From: Candidatus Nomurabacteria bacterium
Lineage (GTDB): Bacteria > Patescibacteriota > Minisyncoccia > Phycocordibacterales > UBA9973
Reading direction: 5' to 3'
DNA: 64,000 bases
Assembly: GCA_016699365.1 (NCBI GenBank)
Contig: CP064973.1
Span: forward strand, 139,920-203,919
Made by a program: the position numbers and the translations under genes
Shown here: positions 1-10,423 of the stretch, piece by piece
Layout of the letters: every line of letters begins with the position of its first letter
Position numbering within the stretch: the stretch's first letter is position 1
The notes under the pieces: generated by a model
The model's input: the letters and a program-made list of their open reading frames with translations, nothing else
The model's database searches: none
What the model was told of the DNA's origin: nothing

Positions 1-1387
1 TAATTGTCATAAATTCAGCAGTATGTCTTGCAGGTTCAACATTATTAAAAATATCATCCGCTTTTTCTGCAATTACACTTGGCGCGAATGGCATAAACTC
101 GCTTCTTTTCAATCTTTTATTCAAAATATCATTCACATCTTTATTTCTAGGATCTGCTACGATTGTTCGAGCACCCAAGGCTCTCGGTCCAAATTCCATT
201 TTCCCGTCAAAAATACCAACGATAGATCCTTCTGCTACTAAACCAGCCACCACCTCCGCTGAGTTTTCAAGGGTACTGTATTTTCTTCCTTTGTTTTCTA
301 ATATTTTTTCAATAGTCTTATTGTCTGTGTGTGTTCCAAAATAAACATGCTCTAACGGATTTTGCTCAGTTCTCGCGCTCTTTACTTCACTAGTATTATT
401 TAGGTACCAAAGAGCAGAACCCAGCACAAGTCCTTCGTCACCCATCGCTGGTTGTATAAAGATATGTTCAATTTTGTTTTTTTCAACTAATCTTTGATTT
501 AATTTTACATTTGCAAAAACTCCACCCGCGAGACAAAGCGATGTGTGTGGATTTTTTTCAAGCAACACCTGCACATGACTAACCATGAGTTCTTCCAATA
601 GTGCTTGTGCAGCAGAAGAAATTTCTTCTTTTGAAAATCCTTCTATTACTAATACCTTGATTTCTTGCATCATTTTTTTATATGGTGCTCGACGAAAATG
701 CATTCCTCCATTAGTATTCCATACCAATGTCTTTCTCATTCGATCTATTAACACGTCAGGGCTTGCATATGCAGCAAGTCCGACAATTTTTCCTTCGTGT
801 TGATTTGGCTTAAATCCCAGCCCTTCAGTAATTGCGCCATAAAAAGTACCAAGTGATTCAGGAGAATCACCTCTTACAAGTCTTTTCCATTTTCCATACT
901 TTACAGAATATGCAGTATGAGAAAGAGTGTCTCCAAGCGCATCACACGTTACAACAAGAGCCTCACTTTTGCCGGAAAAATAATACGCTGAAGCCGCGTG
1001 CGCCAAATGATGGTCGCAAAAAAATATTTTTGCCTGAGGACAAAATGACTTTTTGAATTTTCTTACTTTCAAATCCTTTTTGAAAGAATCAAACATGTTT
1101 AAAAAATGGCCAATAAAAGCTTTAGGTTTCCAAATTTTATATGAACTTAAGAGTGACCACTTTCGTATTGCATAATGAACAGCACTTAGATGCGAGATTG
1201 TCATAACATCTATATCTTTACCTGAAATCCCCGCCTCTTGCACTACAAAATCTATTGACTGGTACGGCCAACCCCAATAAAATTTCTTTCTATTTATGCG
1301 TTCTTCCGAAACACATGAAATAACCACACCATCTTTTAAGATAGCTGCGGAAGCATTATGCCCGTCATGGATTGAAAGTATTATCAT
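1..1387 (-). CDS. Carbamoyltransferase, NodU/CmcH family. N-terminal about 460 aa are in the window; the C-terminus runs off the window start.
   Basis: Own translation of the minus strand from the ATG at 1385-1387 gives MIILSIHDGHNASAAILKDGVVISCVSEERINRKKFYWGWPYQS..., then ...HHLAHAASAYY..., ...LAGGVFANVKLNQRL..., ...PAMGDEGLVLGSALW... and ...EFGPRALG... These are typical of NodU/CmcH O-carbamoyltransferases. It is absent from the ORF track because there is no in-window stop. Its start overlaps the stop of the downstream glycosyltransferase (ATGA). Confidence 0.8.
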   Translation of the reverse strand, partial: MIILSIHDGHNASAAILKDGVVISCVSEERINRKKFYWGWPYQSIDFVVQEAGISGKDIDVMTISHLSAVHYAIRKWSLLSSYKIWKPKAFIGHFLNMFDSFKKDLKVRKFKKSFCPQAKIFFCDHHLAHAASAYYFSGKSEALVVTCDALGDTLSHTAYSVKYGKWKRLVRGDSPESLGTFYGAITEGLGFKPNQHEGKIVGLAAYASPDVLIDRMRKTLVWNTNGGMHFRRAPYKKMMQEIKVLVIEGFSKEEISSAAQALLEELMVSHVQVLLEKNPHTSLCLAGGVFANVKLNQRLVEKNKIEHIFIQPAMGDEGLVLGSALWYLNNTSEVKSARTEQNPLEHVYFGTHTDNKTIEKILENKGRKYSTLENSAEVVAGLVAEGSIVGIFDGKMEFGPRALGARTIVADPRNKDVNDILNKRLKRSEFMPFAPSVIAEKADDIFNNVEPARHTAEFMTI

Positions 1388-2520
1388 ATTGATATAAAAG
1401 ACTGTATTTTAGGTGCTTGCTTAATCTTTTCGTGAACGTACATTTTGGCACGTGCCACCACGTCACCTACATTACCGTCCTTGTTCTTTATCCTCTCCAC
1501 AATTTCCTTGAGTGATTGCGAGAAGTTGTGCTCATCAAAAAACCAACCACGATTTAATTGCTCTCCAATACTATCACGTAATCCCCCCACAGGAAAAGCT
1601 CCCACCAAGACTCCGCACAGCATGGCTTCAAGTAATGAAAGACCTAGTGCCTCAGAACGTGATGGTTGGATATATAAATCAGCAAAATAATAATACGACC
1701 ACACAGCATCATGATTAACTGCTCCGACAAAGTGAACCCTATCATGAATATTTAGTTCTTTACACCTATCTTTTAATTCTTTCATCATGGAACCTTCACC
1801 AACAATGACCAAATGCGCACGAGTGTCTTGAGTTGAAAAAGCTTCGATGAGTAAATCAATACCTTTTTCTTTTTCCAAGCGAGATACAGTTAAGAGTGTC
1901 ATTGATTCATCACTGATACCAAGTTGTCTTTTTATTTCTACTGATTTTAGCTTTGAAAATTCTGGGATATGTTCAAAGGTTTGGGGAGTAAAAGAATGAA
2001 TTGATTCTTCTTTTATTTTTAAATAATTTTTTGCATATTCAAAACTATCACGACTAATTGTCATAGCATGATCAATTCTTCTTCTTACCACAAGCTCAGA
2101 AAGCACAACGTACCAGTACCTCGCCTTGCTTCCAGTTTTTTTTGCCCACACTCGATTTAGTCCGTTAATAAATATACACACCTGAAATCTTTCTTTCTTA
2201 AAAAAGTTGACCCACCACAAGAGTGCTGCATCTGCTGCAACAACAAGATCAGGAATAAATTTTCTTTTTACAATAAAAATAATCGCAACAATGCCTAGAA
2301 AAAAATCTGAGAGCGGACGAGCGTGTTGGAATGGGAATTTTATGACTTTACTTGTTACATTTTTTGAAATAACTTTATCACCTGAAACTGGACCAACTTG
2401 TAAAAAATGGATGACATTATTTTCAGGATCAAACCCATCACGGTTAAGACGCCTGAGGACTTCTTTTGAGTCATGGAGTGAGAAGCCACGCCAATCGTAA
2501 GCAAGGATTAGTATTTTCAT
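1384..2520 (-). CDS. Glycosyltransferase, GT4/GT1 (GT-B fold)
   Basis: 378 aa with the C-terminal motif EALGLSLLEAMLCGVLVGAFPVGGLRDSIGE (the E-x7-E nucleotide-sugar-binding signature of GT4 enzymes). Confidence 0.8.
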   Translation of the reverse strand: MKILILAYDWRGFSLHDSKEVLRRLNRDGFDPENNVIHFLQVGPVSGDKVISKNVTSKVIKFPFQHARPLSDFFLGIVAIIFIVKRKFIPDLVVAADAALLWWVNFFKKERFQVCIFINGLNRVWAKKTGSKARYWYVVLSELVVRRRIDHAMTISRDSFEYAKNYLKIKEESIHSFTPQTFEHIPEFSKLKSVEIKRQLGISDESMTLLTVSRLEKEKGIDLLIEAFSTQDTRAHLVIVGEGSMMKELKDRCKELNIHDRVHFVGAVNHDAVWSYYYFADLYIQPSRSEALGLSLLEAMLCGVLVGAFPVGGLRDSIGEQLNRGWFFDEHNFSQSLKEIVERIKNKDGNVGDVVARAKMYVHEKIKQAPKIQSFISI

Positions 2521-2562
2521 ATAATATTCTTAATAGTATCAAACTTTTCAATCTAATTATAC

Positions 2563-3273
2563 TTGTCAAAAATATCTGCTCGTGATATAAATACAATCAC
2601 AATCATGTCTTCACCTGATAAAAACATTCAAATATTTGGTATCCACAACTACGACGAATATTGGAAAAACAGAAAGAATAAAAATCGAACCTACAAGACG
2701 GATATACACCGCATTCTTGTTGAGCTTGTTGTAAAACATACACCTCAAAAATCAAAAATTTTAGATTTAGGTGTCGGACCAGGACATCTTTTCAAAGAGC
2801 TCCAAGAATTGAAATTTGATATGTATGGAGTTGAAATTTCTGAGGAAGCCTTTGGTCTGTATAATTTTCCTTCAGATCAAATAACAAAACATGATCTCCA
2901 AAAAGGCATCCCTACTATTACTGCCAAGCCATTTAAAACAATCATTGCGAGCCATATCATTCATCACATGCGTGAGCCAATCTCTTTTATTCATCAAGCA
3001 CGTGAAAACTTAGACACGGGTGGTATTTTTATTGTCGCAACTCAGAATATTTCATTTATATTGTACCGATTAAAGTATTTATTTTTTGGTGAATTTCCAA
3101 AGGTAAGTTTTGGACATATAAATTTCATTAGTCCATATGAATATCGAGAAATTCTTAAAAAGTCAGGTTTTGAAATTATTGACATACGCACAACTGGTAG
3201 TCATACATTTTTAAACAAAATTTTTCCGTTCTGGTTTTCTGGTACTTTATTCTTTGTGTGCAGAAAAACCTAG
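2563..3273 (+). CDS. Class I SAM-dependent methyltransferase
   Basis: 236 aa with motif I LDLGVGPGHLFKEL and post-I acidic residue YGVEISEEA, a Rossmann methyltransferase pattern. Confidence 0.7.
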   Translation: MSKISARDINTITIMSSPDKNIQIFGIHNYDEYWKNRKNKNRTYKTDIHRILVELVVKHTPQKSKILDLGVGPGHLFKELQELKFDMYGVEISEEAFGLYNFPSDQITKHDLQKGIPTITAKPFKTIIASHIIHHMREPISFIHQARENLDTGGIFIVATQNISFILYRLKYLFFGEFPKVSFGHINFISPYEYREILKKSGFEIIDIRTTGSHTFLNKIFPFWFSGTLFFVCRKT

Positions 3274-3879
3274 TGTCTTAAGAAGTGATTCCTCTTGTAG
3301 TTTTTCGTACACCAAACGATTTGGCGTACTATGCTCTAAATAATCAATATCAACAAAAAAGAGTTTTTTTGTATCTTTATTTTTATACAGCATATTTTTT
3401 AGCTTGATATCTCCGTGGACAAAACCAGCACCATGCAACAGATTGAGCATCCTAATTGCATCTCTAGCTATAAATTCCCTATCGTCATCTTGTAGTAAGT
3501 GAATCTCTGGTGACCAAAAATCTTCTAAGTACTCCATTGCGATAAAACCCTTTATTTGTGTTACTTGTGGAAAAAAAATGCTTACCTCTTGGGGTAAATT
3601 TTCAAAAGTATGGATTTGTTCCTCTGTGGTAGGATGATTTCTTCCTGAAACAAAATTATACATTGAAGAAAAAGGATTTCTTAGTTTTAGAAAATATTTT
3701 TTATTATCCGTACGCGAAGTTGCCTTATAACAAAAATGAGAAAACGTATACCACTTCTTTACTATCGAAACATTGTGAGTTCTTATTAAATTAAAAATAA
3801 CAAAAATCACTACTGGGAAATACCCCAAAACAATCGAAGTCCTGTTAAGTAACGAGAAAAAATGTTTAATAAAAATCAT
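3247..3879 (-). CDS. Protein-kinase-like fold protein, Kdo/WaaP (lipopolysaccharide kinase) family-like, with an N-terminal TM segment
   Basis: LHGAGFVHGDIKLKNMLY (HGD catalytic loop) followed by LFFVDIDYLE (DxD). Its 3' end overlaps the convergent methyltransferase by 27 nt. Confidence 0.55.
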   Translation of the reverse strand: MIFIKHFFSLLNRTSIVLGYFPVVIFVIFNLIRTHNVSIVKKWYTFSHFCYKATSRTDNKKYFLKLRNPFSSMYNFVSGRNHPTTEEQIHTFENLPQEVSIFFPQVTQIKGFIAMEYLEDFWSPEIHLLQDDDREFIARDAIRMLNLLHGAGFVHGDIKLKNMLYKNKDTKKLFFVDIDYLEHSTPNRLVYEKLQEESLLKTLGFSAHKE

Positions 3880-3885
3880 ACATTA

Positions 3886-4533
3886 TTATTTCTTTGCGAC
3901 AATAAAGTACCCAAGTGGAAATGGTTGTTTTCTTTTCATCCCAGATGGAATTAGTGTATCAAGTAAAAGCGCGAGTGAATTAAAAATAAGTTTAACAGGC
4001 CATATTAAGAAAAATGCATTGAGCGCATATGCACACACACTAAATCTATCACCAATTTGTTCAAGTAACTCAATTTTTAAATTAGACTCTTCTAGTGCTT
4101 TTTCAAACCCTTCTTTAGTAAGTCTGCCGAAATCCCGAGGCTCGGGCATACAATTGACTCCAAATGGATTTGAAATCAGCACACAACCACCATCTTTAAG
4201 TACACGTCTACATTCTACTAAGACATGATTAGTTTTTTCTGCAATATAAAGATTATGAAATAAAAGAACAGTATCGACACTTGAATCCTCATACGGAAAT
4301 CTTTCATTAAAATTAAGAACCTGCGACACTCCTTCTTTTTGAACATAGTCAGTTCTTATGTGTACAATCTCTTTTGGTAAATATTTGGCATATGTGAGAT
4401 TACCGCCTGAACCAATATCAAGTACTCGCCCTTTTATATATCGAGAAGCCTTAAAAACTTCTTGTTGAAATAGTATCCTGTACAGAGTCTTTCCGGAGAT
4501 TGTCTCTCTTAAATAGTCACCTATAAGCATCAT
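3886..4533 (-). CDS. Class I SAM-dependent methyltransferase (Methyltransf_11-like)
   Basis: VLDIGSGGNLTYAKYL motif I and VLKDGGCVLIS motif. Confidence 0.7.
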   Translation of the reverse strand: MMLIGDYLRETISGKTLYRILFQQEVFKASRYIKGRVLDIGSGGNLTYAKYLPKEIVHIRTDYVQKEGVSQVLNFNERFPYEDSSVDTVLLFHNLYIAEKTNHVLVECRRVLKDGGCVLISNPFGVNCMPEPRDFGRLTKEGFEKALEESNLKIELLEQIGDRFSVCAYALNAFFLIWPVKLIFNSLALLLDTLIPSGMKRKQPFPLGYFIVAKK

Positions 4534-5273
4534 CTTCGAACTTTAGCATATATTCCAAAAAATGTTGAGAGTTTAGCCTTAAATGCTAATTTGTCAGTTT
4601 TACTATCAATCGAAATTCTAGGAAGTGAAAATAGATCAGATTGTTGATCCACAAACCCATTTATTGTTGTGACCGCACTACTATATCCTGCTTTCTGTAC
4701 AAAATCTATTTCTCTTTTACTAAACTTTCCACGTGGATATGCAAAAGAATTCTCACTCTTACGTGCAACTTCATTCATCAGTTCATTTACTGAAAGATTT
4801 ATTAATTCTCGATGAGTCATTGCATGTGAACCAATTTCAACTAATGGATTCTTAGATAATAGCACTATTTCATCTTCTACCAGTAATTTACATATTACCC
4901 CGTCAGATGTCTTAATTTCATTTGAATCAACACGTTTTGGCCAAAATAAAGTACTACAAATATTTCTCTTTTCAAACTCTACAAGTGCCGTAGTTAAATA
5001 ATCACGATGGCCATCATCACACGTTATGACAACTACTTTCCGTAATGATTCTTTATTTTTAATTTTTTGTACCATCTGGGATTGTGTCAAAAATACGTAT
5101 TCATTTTTCTTTAAGTAATCCAACTGCCACTCAAAATCTTCCAAAGGAACATTAAAGAACGCGTTTGGTAATTCAAAAGAGTGGTACATTAAAATTCTTG
5201 CCTTGTTATCGGTCAAGAAATAATCAAATAATATACACACTTTATAAAATAGTATTCTCAAAATAGATTTCAT
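4530..5273 (-). CDS. Polysaccharide deacetylase (NodB homology domain, CE4)
   Basis: VVVITCDDGHRDYLTTAL (the TFDDG-type motif 1) and H-rich downstream motifs. Overlaps neighbouring genes by 4 nt. Confidence 0.7.
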   Translation of the reverse strand: MKSILRILFYKVCILFDYFLTDNKARILMYHSFELPNAFFNVPLEDFEWQLDYLKKNEYVFLTQSQMVQKIKNKESLRKVVVITCDDGHRDYLTTALVEFEKRNICSTLFWPKRVDSNEIKTSDGVICKLLVEDEIVLLSKNPLVEIGSHAMTHRELINLSVNELMNEVARKSENSFAYPRGKFSKREIDFVQKAGYSSAVTTINGFVDQQSDLFSLPRISIDSKTDKLAFKAKLSTFFGIYAKVRR

Positions 5274-6316
5274 ATGTACATAGAAAAATTATCCATCAAT
5301 AGTTTCAGACTATGCTTTTTGCCAATCTCAACCAGTGTATCTTGCTCTACATCACAAGAAACAATACACTTTTCAAACATACGTGCTACATCCTCAATTT
5401 CCAATGACTGTATTCCGATTTCTTTTCTTATGCCTTCAGGTAGTTCATCCAAAAAACTTGTATTGTATACAAGTGGAACGCATCCGCAATATGCAGACTC
5501 CCAAATTGTCTTATCAAAACTACCAGATGAAGTCAGGTTTATACAAAATCTATGTGCCGAATATATTTGAGGTAATTTTGTATGATCTACTGAATCAAGA
5601 AATGTAATCTTGCTTGTGAGATTATTTTTATTGATTGTTTCTATCAATGCATCTGTATACTTTTTATCGATATCGCCATCTATGGGTCCAACTAAATTTA
5701 GAGTAAAATCTAAAGTCGAATTCTTGCTAAAAAGCTTTGTGAATGCATTAATTATTATATCTACATTCTTAATTTCGGAAATTCGACCTACATACAAAAA
5801 AGAATGTTGCTTTCTTTCTATATTCCCTACAGGCCGAAACAGATTTTCGTCTATCCCCACAGGCATTTTGATTGAATTTTTAAATTTTGAAGTATACGAT
5901 CCTGAGGAAGTGTAAAAAACTTTTTGAGCCATAAAACCCGCAACTTGTGTCTTCCACGAACCCAGTTTATGATTTCGCCACAAAAACACTTCTTTACACA
6001 AAAATCTCCAAATCACTCCTCCTAAAAGTACGTACTCTTCGTTCATATGAACAAAGACTTTCTCGTAATTTTTCCTTTCTGCGATAATGTATTTAAAGAA
6101 ATTAAAAATATATTTTATTTTAGAAACACCGCTCTCTTTTCCAAGTGTCAGAACCTTAACATTTAACGGGAAATCAAACTCACCTTTTTTAAGACATATA
6201 ACAGTTACAAATTCATATTTTTTTGAAAACTCTATTATCCACGAATGAAAAAAACCCAATATTGGATCATTTCTATCCACCGTCTGAGTCAGTATGAGCA
6301 GTCGATTTTTTTTCAT
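5270..6316 (-). CDS. Glycosyltransferase (GT-B, GT4-like)
   Basis: 348 aa with C-terminal ...WESAYCGCVPLV... nucleotide-binding region. Lies in a glycosyltransferase cluster. Confidence 0.6.
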   Translation of the reverse strand: MKKNRLLILTQTVDRNDPILGFFHSWIIEFSKKYEFVTVICLKKGEFDFPLNVKVLTLGKESGVSKIKYIFNFFKYIIAERKNYEKVFVHMNEEYVLLGGVIWRFLCKEVFLWRNHKLGSWKTQVAGFMAQKVFYTSSGSYTSKFKNSIKMPVGIDENLFRPVGNIERKQHSFLYVGRISEIKNVDIIINAFTKLFSKNSTLDFTLNLVGPIDGDIDKKYTDALIETINKNNLTSKITFLDSVDHTKLPQIYSAHRFCINLTSSGSFDKTIWESAYCGCVPLVYNTSFLDELPEGIRKEIGIQSLEIEDVARMFEKCIVSCDVEQDTLVEIGKKHSLKLLMDNFSMYI

Positions 6317-6320
6317 GACG

Positions 6321-6977
6321 TTATTTTCTTATCGGGTTTCTGGCAACAAATAAAAACATATGAGCAAATGAATACTTAAAAAGCCACGAAAGGAGCCAAA
6401 ACTTTTTTGAGACAATTGGAATAATCTCTACATCACTAAAATGTTTTTCCAAGATCGACCTAAACTCTTTATAGGTAAAATGATTTATGTGAGTTGGGTC
6501 TTGTAATGGTGTATGCTTTTTAATATTGAATATGAAGCGTATCTTTGACTGAAAACTATAAGCAAATGGAACAGAACCTACAAATAAACCGTTATCTTTC
6601 AAAACAAAGGAGGCTTTTTGGGTTATATTTTCTGGATAGTATAAATGTTCTAAAACTTCAGCTGCAACAACAACGTCAAATGTCTTTGCTTGTAAGCCCC
6701 AATCCCCATTCAGGTCAACCTGTCGCACTTTTATAGGAATAAGTGCCTGAGCACGATCTAATGCCTCTTGATCAATATCTAAGCCAAGCACGTTGTTCCC
6801 TTCAAAAAAATATTTTGTTAAAGCCCCATCACGACACCCAATGTCAAGAACATCTTTACCTTTTTCTATAACATCACGAAGAAATGGCCCTCTTTCTTGT
6901 TCCATGGTGATAAAATATTTTCCCCTACGATTAATGTTATGTTCGCTGTAAATCTTTTGAAGTGAATTAGATTCCAT
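6321..6977 (-). CDS. Class I SAM-dependent methyltransferase
   Basis: VLDIGCRDGALTKYF motif I; VLGLDIDQEA; VVVAAEVLEHL. Confidence 0.7.
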   Translation of the reverse strand: MESNSLQKIYSEHNINRRGKYFITMEQERGPFLRDVIEKGKDVLDIGCRDGALTKYFFEGNNVLGLDIDQEALDRAQALIPIKVRQVDLNGDWGLQAKTFDVVVAAEVLEHLYYPENITQKASFVLKDNGLFVGSVPFAYSFQSKIRFIFNIKKHTPLQDPTHINHFTYKEFRSILEKHFSDVEIIPIVSKKFWLLSWLFKYSFAHMFLFVARNPIRK

Positions 6978-6990
6978 AATTAATTTAAAA

Positions 6991-8142
6991 TTATTTATTA
7001 TAACTTATAGCTTTCTGTATATTCATTAATAAGACCTTATTATACTCTAATCTATCCCTATACTCATATTTATGTGGATTGTTAATCAGGTATTCTTTTG
7101 CTTCCTGATATATTTCAAATTTATCTAATAAATAGTCCGTTTTTTGAAAAAAACAAAGACTGTCTTTTGGCGAACAAATCCAACCACTCCTTCCTTCAAT
7201 TATAACTTCTGATGCAATTCCTACATCACTGGCCAAAACTGGAGTACCACAAATCAATGATTCAATAATTGTCAGACCATAACCCTCAAATCTTGAACTT
7301 ATCCAAAATAAATCAGCTATTTTATAATATGGAGCTAAGTCATTAATCCATGGTATAAAAAGTACACTTGATTCAATCTTTAGTCTTTTAACCTTCTCTT
7401 TTAGAAAAAGACTTTGTGATCCTGAGCCAATTATAACCAATCCAATCTTTTGTGGGTATTTTAAATCTAACTTGGAAAAAACATCTAGTGCCATGGAAAT
7501 ATCTTTTTCTATTTCTAATCTCGAGGCCATAAGAATCAAAAATCTTTCTTGTTTAAATAAATCTTTTTTTTGAATTTTTACATTGTTTAAAATTTCATAT
7601 TTTTTTACATCTATAAATACAGGGACAACGTCGATAGCGGCTGTAGTAATTTTTTTTTCTCTCAAACTATTCATTATTCGCTTTGAAACACATCTTATAG
7701 AATCTGCCTGTCTAATTACAAAATATGCAATAATAATCCTTATGTACTGTAAAAAAGTATTTTTAAAAAATGGAGAAAATAAGTCAACATGAATCTGAAT
7801 ATTAAGTGCACAACCTGTGATCTTTGATACAATAAACCCTACAAGGCCACACTCAAAAGGATCTTGTGTCGTAACAACGACATCTTTAAATTTATCTTTG
7901 GGTATATTTTTAATTATTTTAATACTTATAATAACCGCATCAATAATACAAAGTATTTTAAAAAAGGATTTCGTTGGGTAAAGTATAGTATTATTAATAT
8001 ACTGCTTGGCAAAAACATCCTTTTTTAAAGTAAATATAACAGCATGGTATTCATCAAAAGATTTTGCAATGCTTAAAACACGATCTCTGGTAGAACTCTC
8101 AGTAAATAATCTTCTTTCTGTGCCTATTGCTACAACAATCAT
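6991..8142 (-). CDS. Glycosyltransferase family 4/1
   Basis: EGYGLTIIESLICGTPVLASDVGIASEVI motif. Confidence 0.75.
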   Translation of the reverse strand: MIVVAIGTERRLFTESSTRDRVLSIAKSFDEYHAVIFTLKKDVFAKQYINNTILYPTKSFFKILCIIDAVIISIKIIKNIPKDKFKDVVVTTQDPFECGLVGFIVSKITGCALNIQIHVDLFSPFFKNTFLQYIRIIIAYFVIRQADSIRCVSKRIMNSLREKKITTAAIDVVPVFIDVKKYEILNNVKIQKKDLFKQERFLILMASRLEIEKDISMALDVFSKLDLKYPQKIGLVIIGSGSQSLFLKEKVKRLKIESSVLFIPWINDLAPYYKIADLFWISSRFEGYGLTIIESLICGTPVLASDVGIASEVIIEGRSGWICSPKDSLCFFQKTDYLLDKFEIYQEAKEYLINNPHKYEYRDRLEYNKVLLMNIQKAISYNK

Positions 8143-9140
8143 AAAATTATTCTTTCAAAGTCAGTAATAATATCTTCCCAGGTATTAATGTATCTACAAT
8201 TTAAAATATTTTCCCTTAAAGAGGAGTAAATTTTCGGGTCACATATTTTTGTTATACCATCTTTTATAGAATCTAAGTTAAAAGGTTCAATTAAAATACC
8301 CATATTCATAAACCGAATATTTAATCCTGTATGTCTAGTCAAAATGAATGGTTTACCAAAAGAAATACCCTCAAGCACTATATTGGGATTTACCTCCGAA
8401 AAAGAAGGAGCCGCAACAGCGTAAGATGTTTTAATTTGTTCTTGTATATCTTGGTGAGTAGAGATCTTATCAAAGATTTCTACTCCAACACCTTCTTTAG
8501 AAACTTCAGCCACAGCTTGTGTAAACATTGCATTATTTTTTAACTTTATTTTGCGAGAAGAAAGTATAATCTTTTTGTTTTGACTAATACCACAATCATT
8601 AACTCCACTAAAATAATTTTCAATAAGAACAATCTTAAAATCAGGAATCTTGTAATTTTTTAATAAAAAATTACCAAACCACATAGAATTAACAACTACT
8701 TTAGTTGATTTTTTTAGAGTGTATTTTGTCAAACCCTTTATAATATTTTCTTTCACAGAAAAATCATTTTTATCATAAAAAGACTCAAGGGTTATATTTT
8801 GACCTGTATGTTCAATATGATATTCCCAAAGAAAGTCACCACCTATTCTAATAAAGAATTTTTTATTAAACACAAAGCAAGCAATCGCAGTAGGGAATCC
8901 AACACTAACCGCATCTAATAAAATTACCCTATCTGCCCATAAAACTTTAGGTAAAATTTTTATAAAAAAACATATATGTCTAATTAAAGAAGGCATATTT
9001 CTTTCCCAGGTAAAACTAGAAACTTTCACACGGTGCCCTCTTGAGCGAAAACCTTCATTTAAATTAAAGGCATACTGAGCAGGCCCTCCGATTTCTGGAG
9101 GATAAATTCCTGTTGCGATAAGAATGGATTTTCTGTTCAT
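8139..9140 (-). CDS. Glycosyltransferase (GT4-like)
   Basis: N-terminal MNRKSILIATGIYPPEIGGPAQYAFNL (GT4 N-domain) and C-terminal EVNPNIVLEGISFGKPFILT. Confidence 0.6.
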   Translation of the reverse strand: MNRKSILIATGIYPPEIGGPAQYAFNLNEGFRSRGHRVKVSSFTWERNMPSLIRHICFFIKILPKVLWADRVILLDAVSVGFPTAIACFVFNKKFFIRIGGDFLWEYHIEHTGQNITLESFYDKNDFSVKENIIKGLTKYTLKKSTKVVVNSMWFGNFLLKNYKIPDFKIVLIENYFSGVNDCGISQNKKIILSSRKIKLKNNAMFTQAVAEVSKEGVGVEIFDKISTHQDIQEQIKTSYAVAAPSFSEVNPNIVLEGISFGKPFILTRHTGLNIRFMNMGILIEPFNLDSIKDGITKICDPKIYSSLRENILNCRYINTWEDIITDFERIIL

Positions 9141-9194
9141 TATGTTATGAGAATACTACAAGAAATACTTCTGCGCCAGGTATCAAAAATAGGA

Positions 9195-10358
9195 TTATTT
9201 AAATACCTCTTTCATCTCCCCTGCTATCAGATTCCAATCATATTTCTCAATCACCATCGACTTCGCATTTTCTATAATGCGATTTTTTTGTTCAGGATTA
9301 TTTTCAAATCTCATTATTGCTTCTGCAATACTTTTCGGGTTTTCTACTTCACAAAAGTATCCTGTCTCTCCATCTTTCAAAAAGTCTGGTATCCCACCGA
9401 CAGATGTTGCAACTACTGGCAAACTTATTGCCATAGCTTCTAGAAACGAATTGCCCAAGCCTTCTGAAAGTGAAGGTCTCACAAATACATCTGAAATTTT
9501 CAAATACTTTGGCATTTCACTGTGTGGTACATACCCGAGAAAAATAACCCGAGCTTTTAGATGTAAACTGTCAGCTTTTAGCTTTAAATCATTCTCGAGT
9601 GGGCCGTTGCCTAGCACCAGAAAAATAAAATTCTCTGGCAAATATTTTAGTGACTCGATTATATCCCCCACTCCGTTTTTCTTTACGAGACGGGACGTTG
9701 TAATAATCACTTTTTGAGATTTATTTATACCCAATTTTTCCTCTAAAGTCGTGATCTCTCTTAGATCATAATTTCTCGTAAATAAAGATACGTCCACTGC
9801 ATTTGGAATGACCACCGGAGTATCTCGAAATCCCATACTTTTACCGAAATCTGCTAGGTATGTAGATATAGCCTGTATGGTGTCAGCATGGGTAAAAATA
9901 CGCTTCCAGAGTGGGTATACGAGCGCTACACGACGCTTTATGTAGGAAATGGGATCTCCTTCCTGAAGTGTCAAAATGAAGCGTATTTGAGGGTATTTTT
10001 GCTTGAAAAACAAAGCTCCGAACCCAGCATAGTTGGCCATAATCGCCCACATACTTTGGAAACATATCTGCTTCTCGAGTCTCTTTGCTTTCATGTACGA
10101 CTGAAATGGAAATAGGTATTTTGAAATCTGAAAAAACACCTTTCCGACAACAGGAATACCCAGTAGATACGGCCCTACTCTGTGCACTGTAATATTGCCT
10201 ATTTGTTCAACTCGCTTCCGGTCAGTGCGCATAGTTACCATGAAAAAGCTCGCTTCGTCTTTGCCGATACGATCTGTGATCTCTTTCACTGCGACCTCTG
10301 CTCCCCCGACAAAGTTTGGGTAGTATACAAGCGAGAATATTAGAATCTTTTTATTCAT
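9195..10358 (-). CDS. Glycosyltransferase family 4
   Basis: MNKKILIFSLVYYPNFVGGAEV... and SLSEGLGNSFLEAMAISLPVVATSVGGIPDFLKDGETGY. Confidence 0.8.
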   Translation of the reverse strand: MNKKILIFSLVYYPNFVGGAEVAVKEITDRIGKDEASFFMVTMRTDRKRVEQIGNITVHRVGPYLLGIPVVGKVFFQISKYLFPFQSYMKAKRLEKQICFQSMWAIMANYAGFGALFFKQKYPQIRFILTLQEGDPISYIKRRVALVYPLWKRIFTHADTIQAISTYLADFGKSMGFRDTPVVIPNAVDVSLFTRNYDLREITTLEEKLGINKSQKVIITTSRLVKKNGVGDIIESLKYLPENFIFLVLGNGPLENDLKLKADSLHLKARVIFLGYVPHSEMPKYLKISDVFVRPSLSEGLGNSFLEAMAISLPVVATSVGGIPDFLKDGETGYFCEVENPKSIAEAIMRFENNPEQKNRIIENAKSMVIEKYDWNLIAGEMKEVFK

Positions 10359-10423
10359 AAGAAAAGTATACCCTCGGGTAAGTTTTTTACAAAATAACTA
10401 TTTAATATTAAATGTTTTGGTGC

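Noticed and set aside
1384-1386. Alternative genetic code (UGA recoded, as in some small-genome candidate phyla)
   Set aside because: Conserved genes terminate at TGA exactly where homology ends, for example the glycosyltransferase at 1384-1386. Full-length housekeeping proteins are obtained with the standard table. There is no sign of in-frame TGA inside conserved domains.
1445-2500. Plus-strand ORFs (1445-1690, 1512-1718, 2207-2500) inside the minus-strand glycosyltransferase. Similar antisense or embedded ORFs occur throughout, for example 15334-15822, 18503-18955, 23530-23844, 29451-29768, 31761-32102, 43120-44046 and 51169-51648.
   Set aside because: Each lies entirely within a longer ORF on the other strand or in another frame that has clear conserved-family motifs. 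The embedded ORFs have low-complexity or odd composition and no motifs, so they were treated as spurious.
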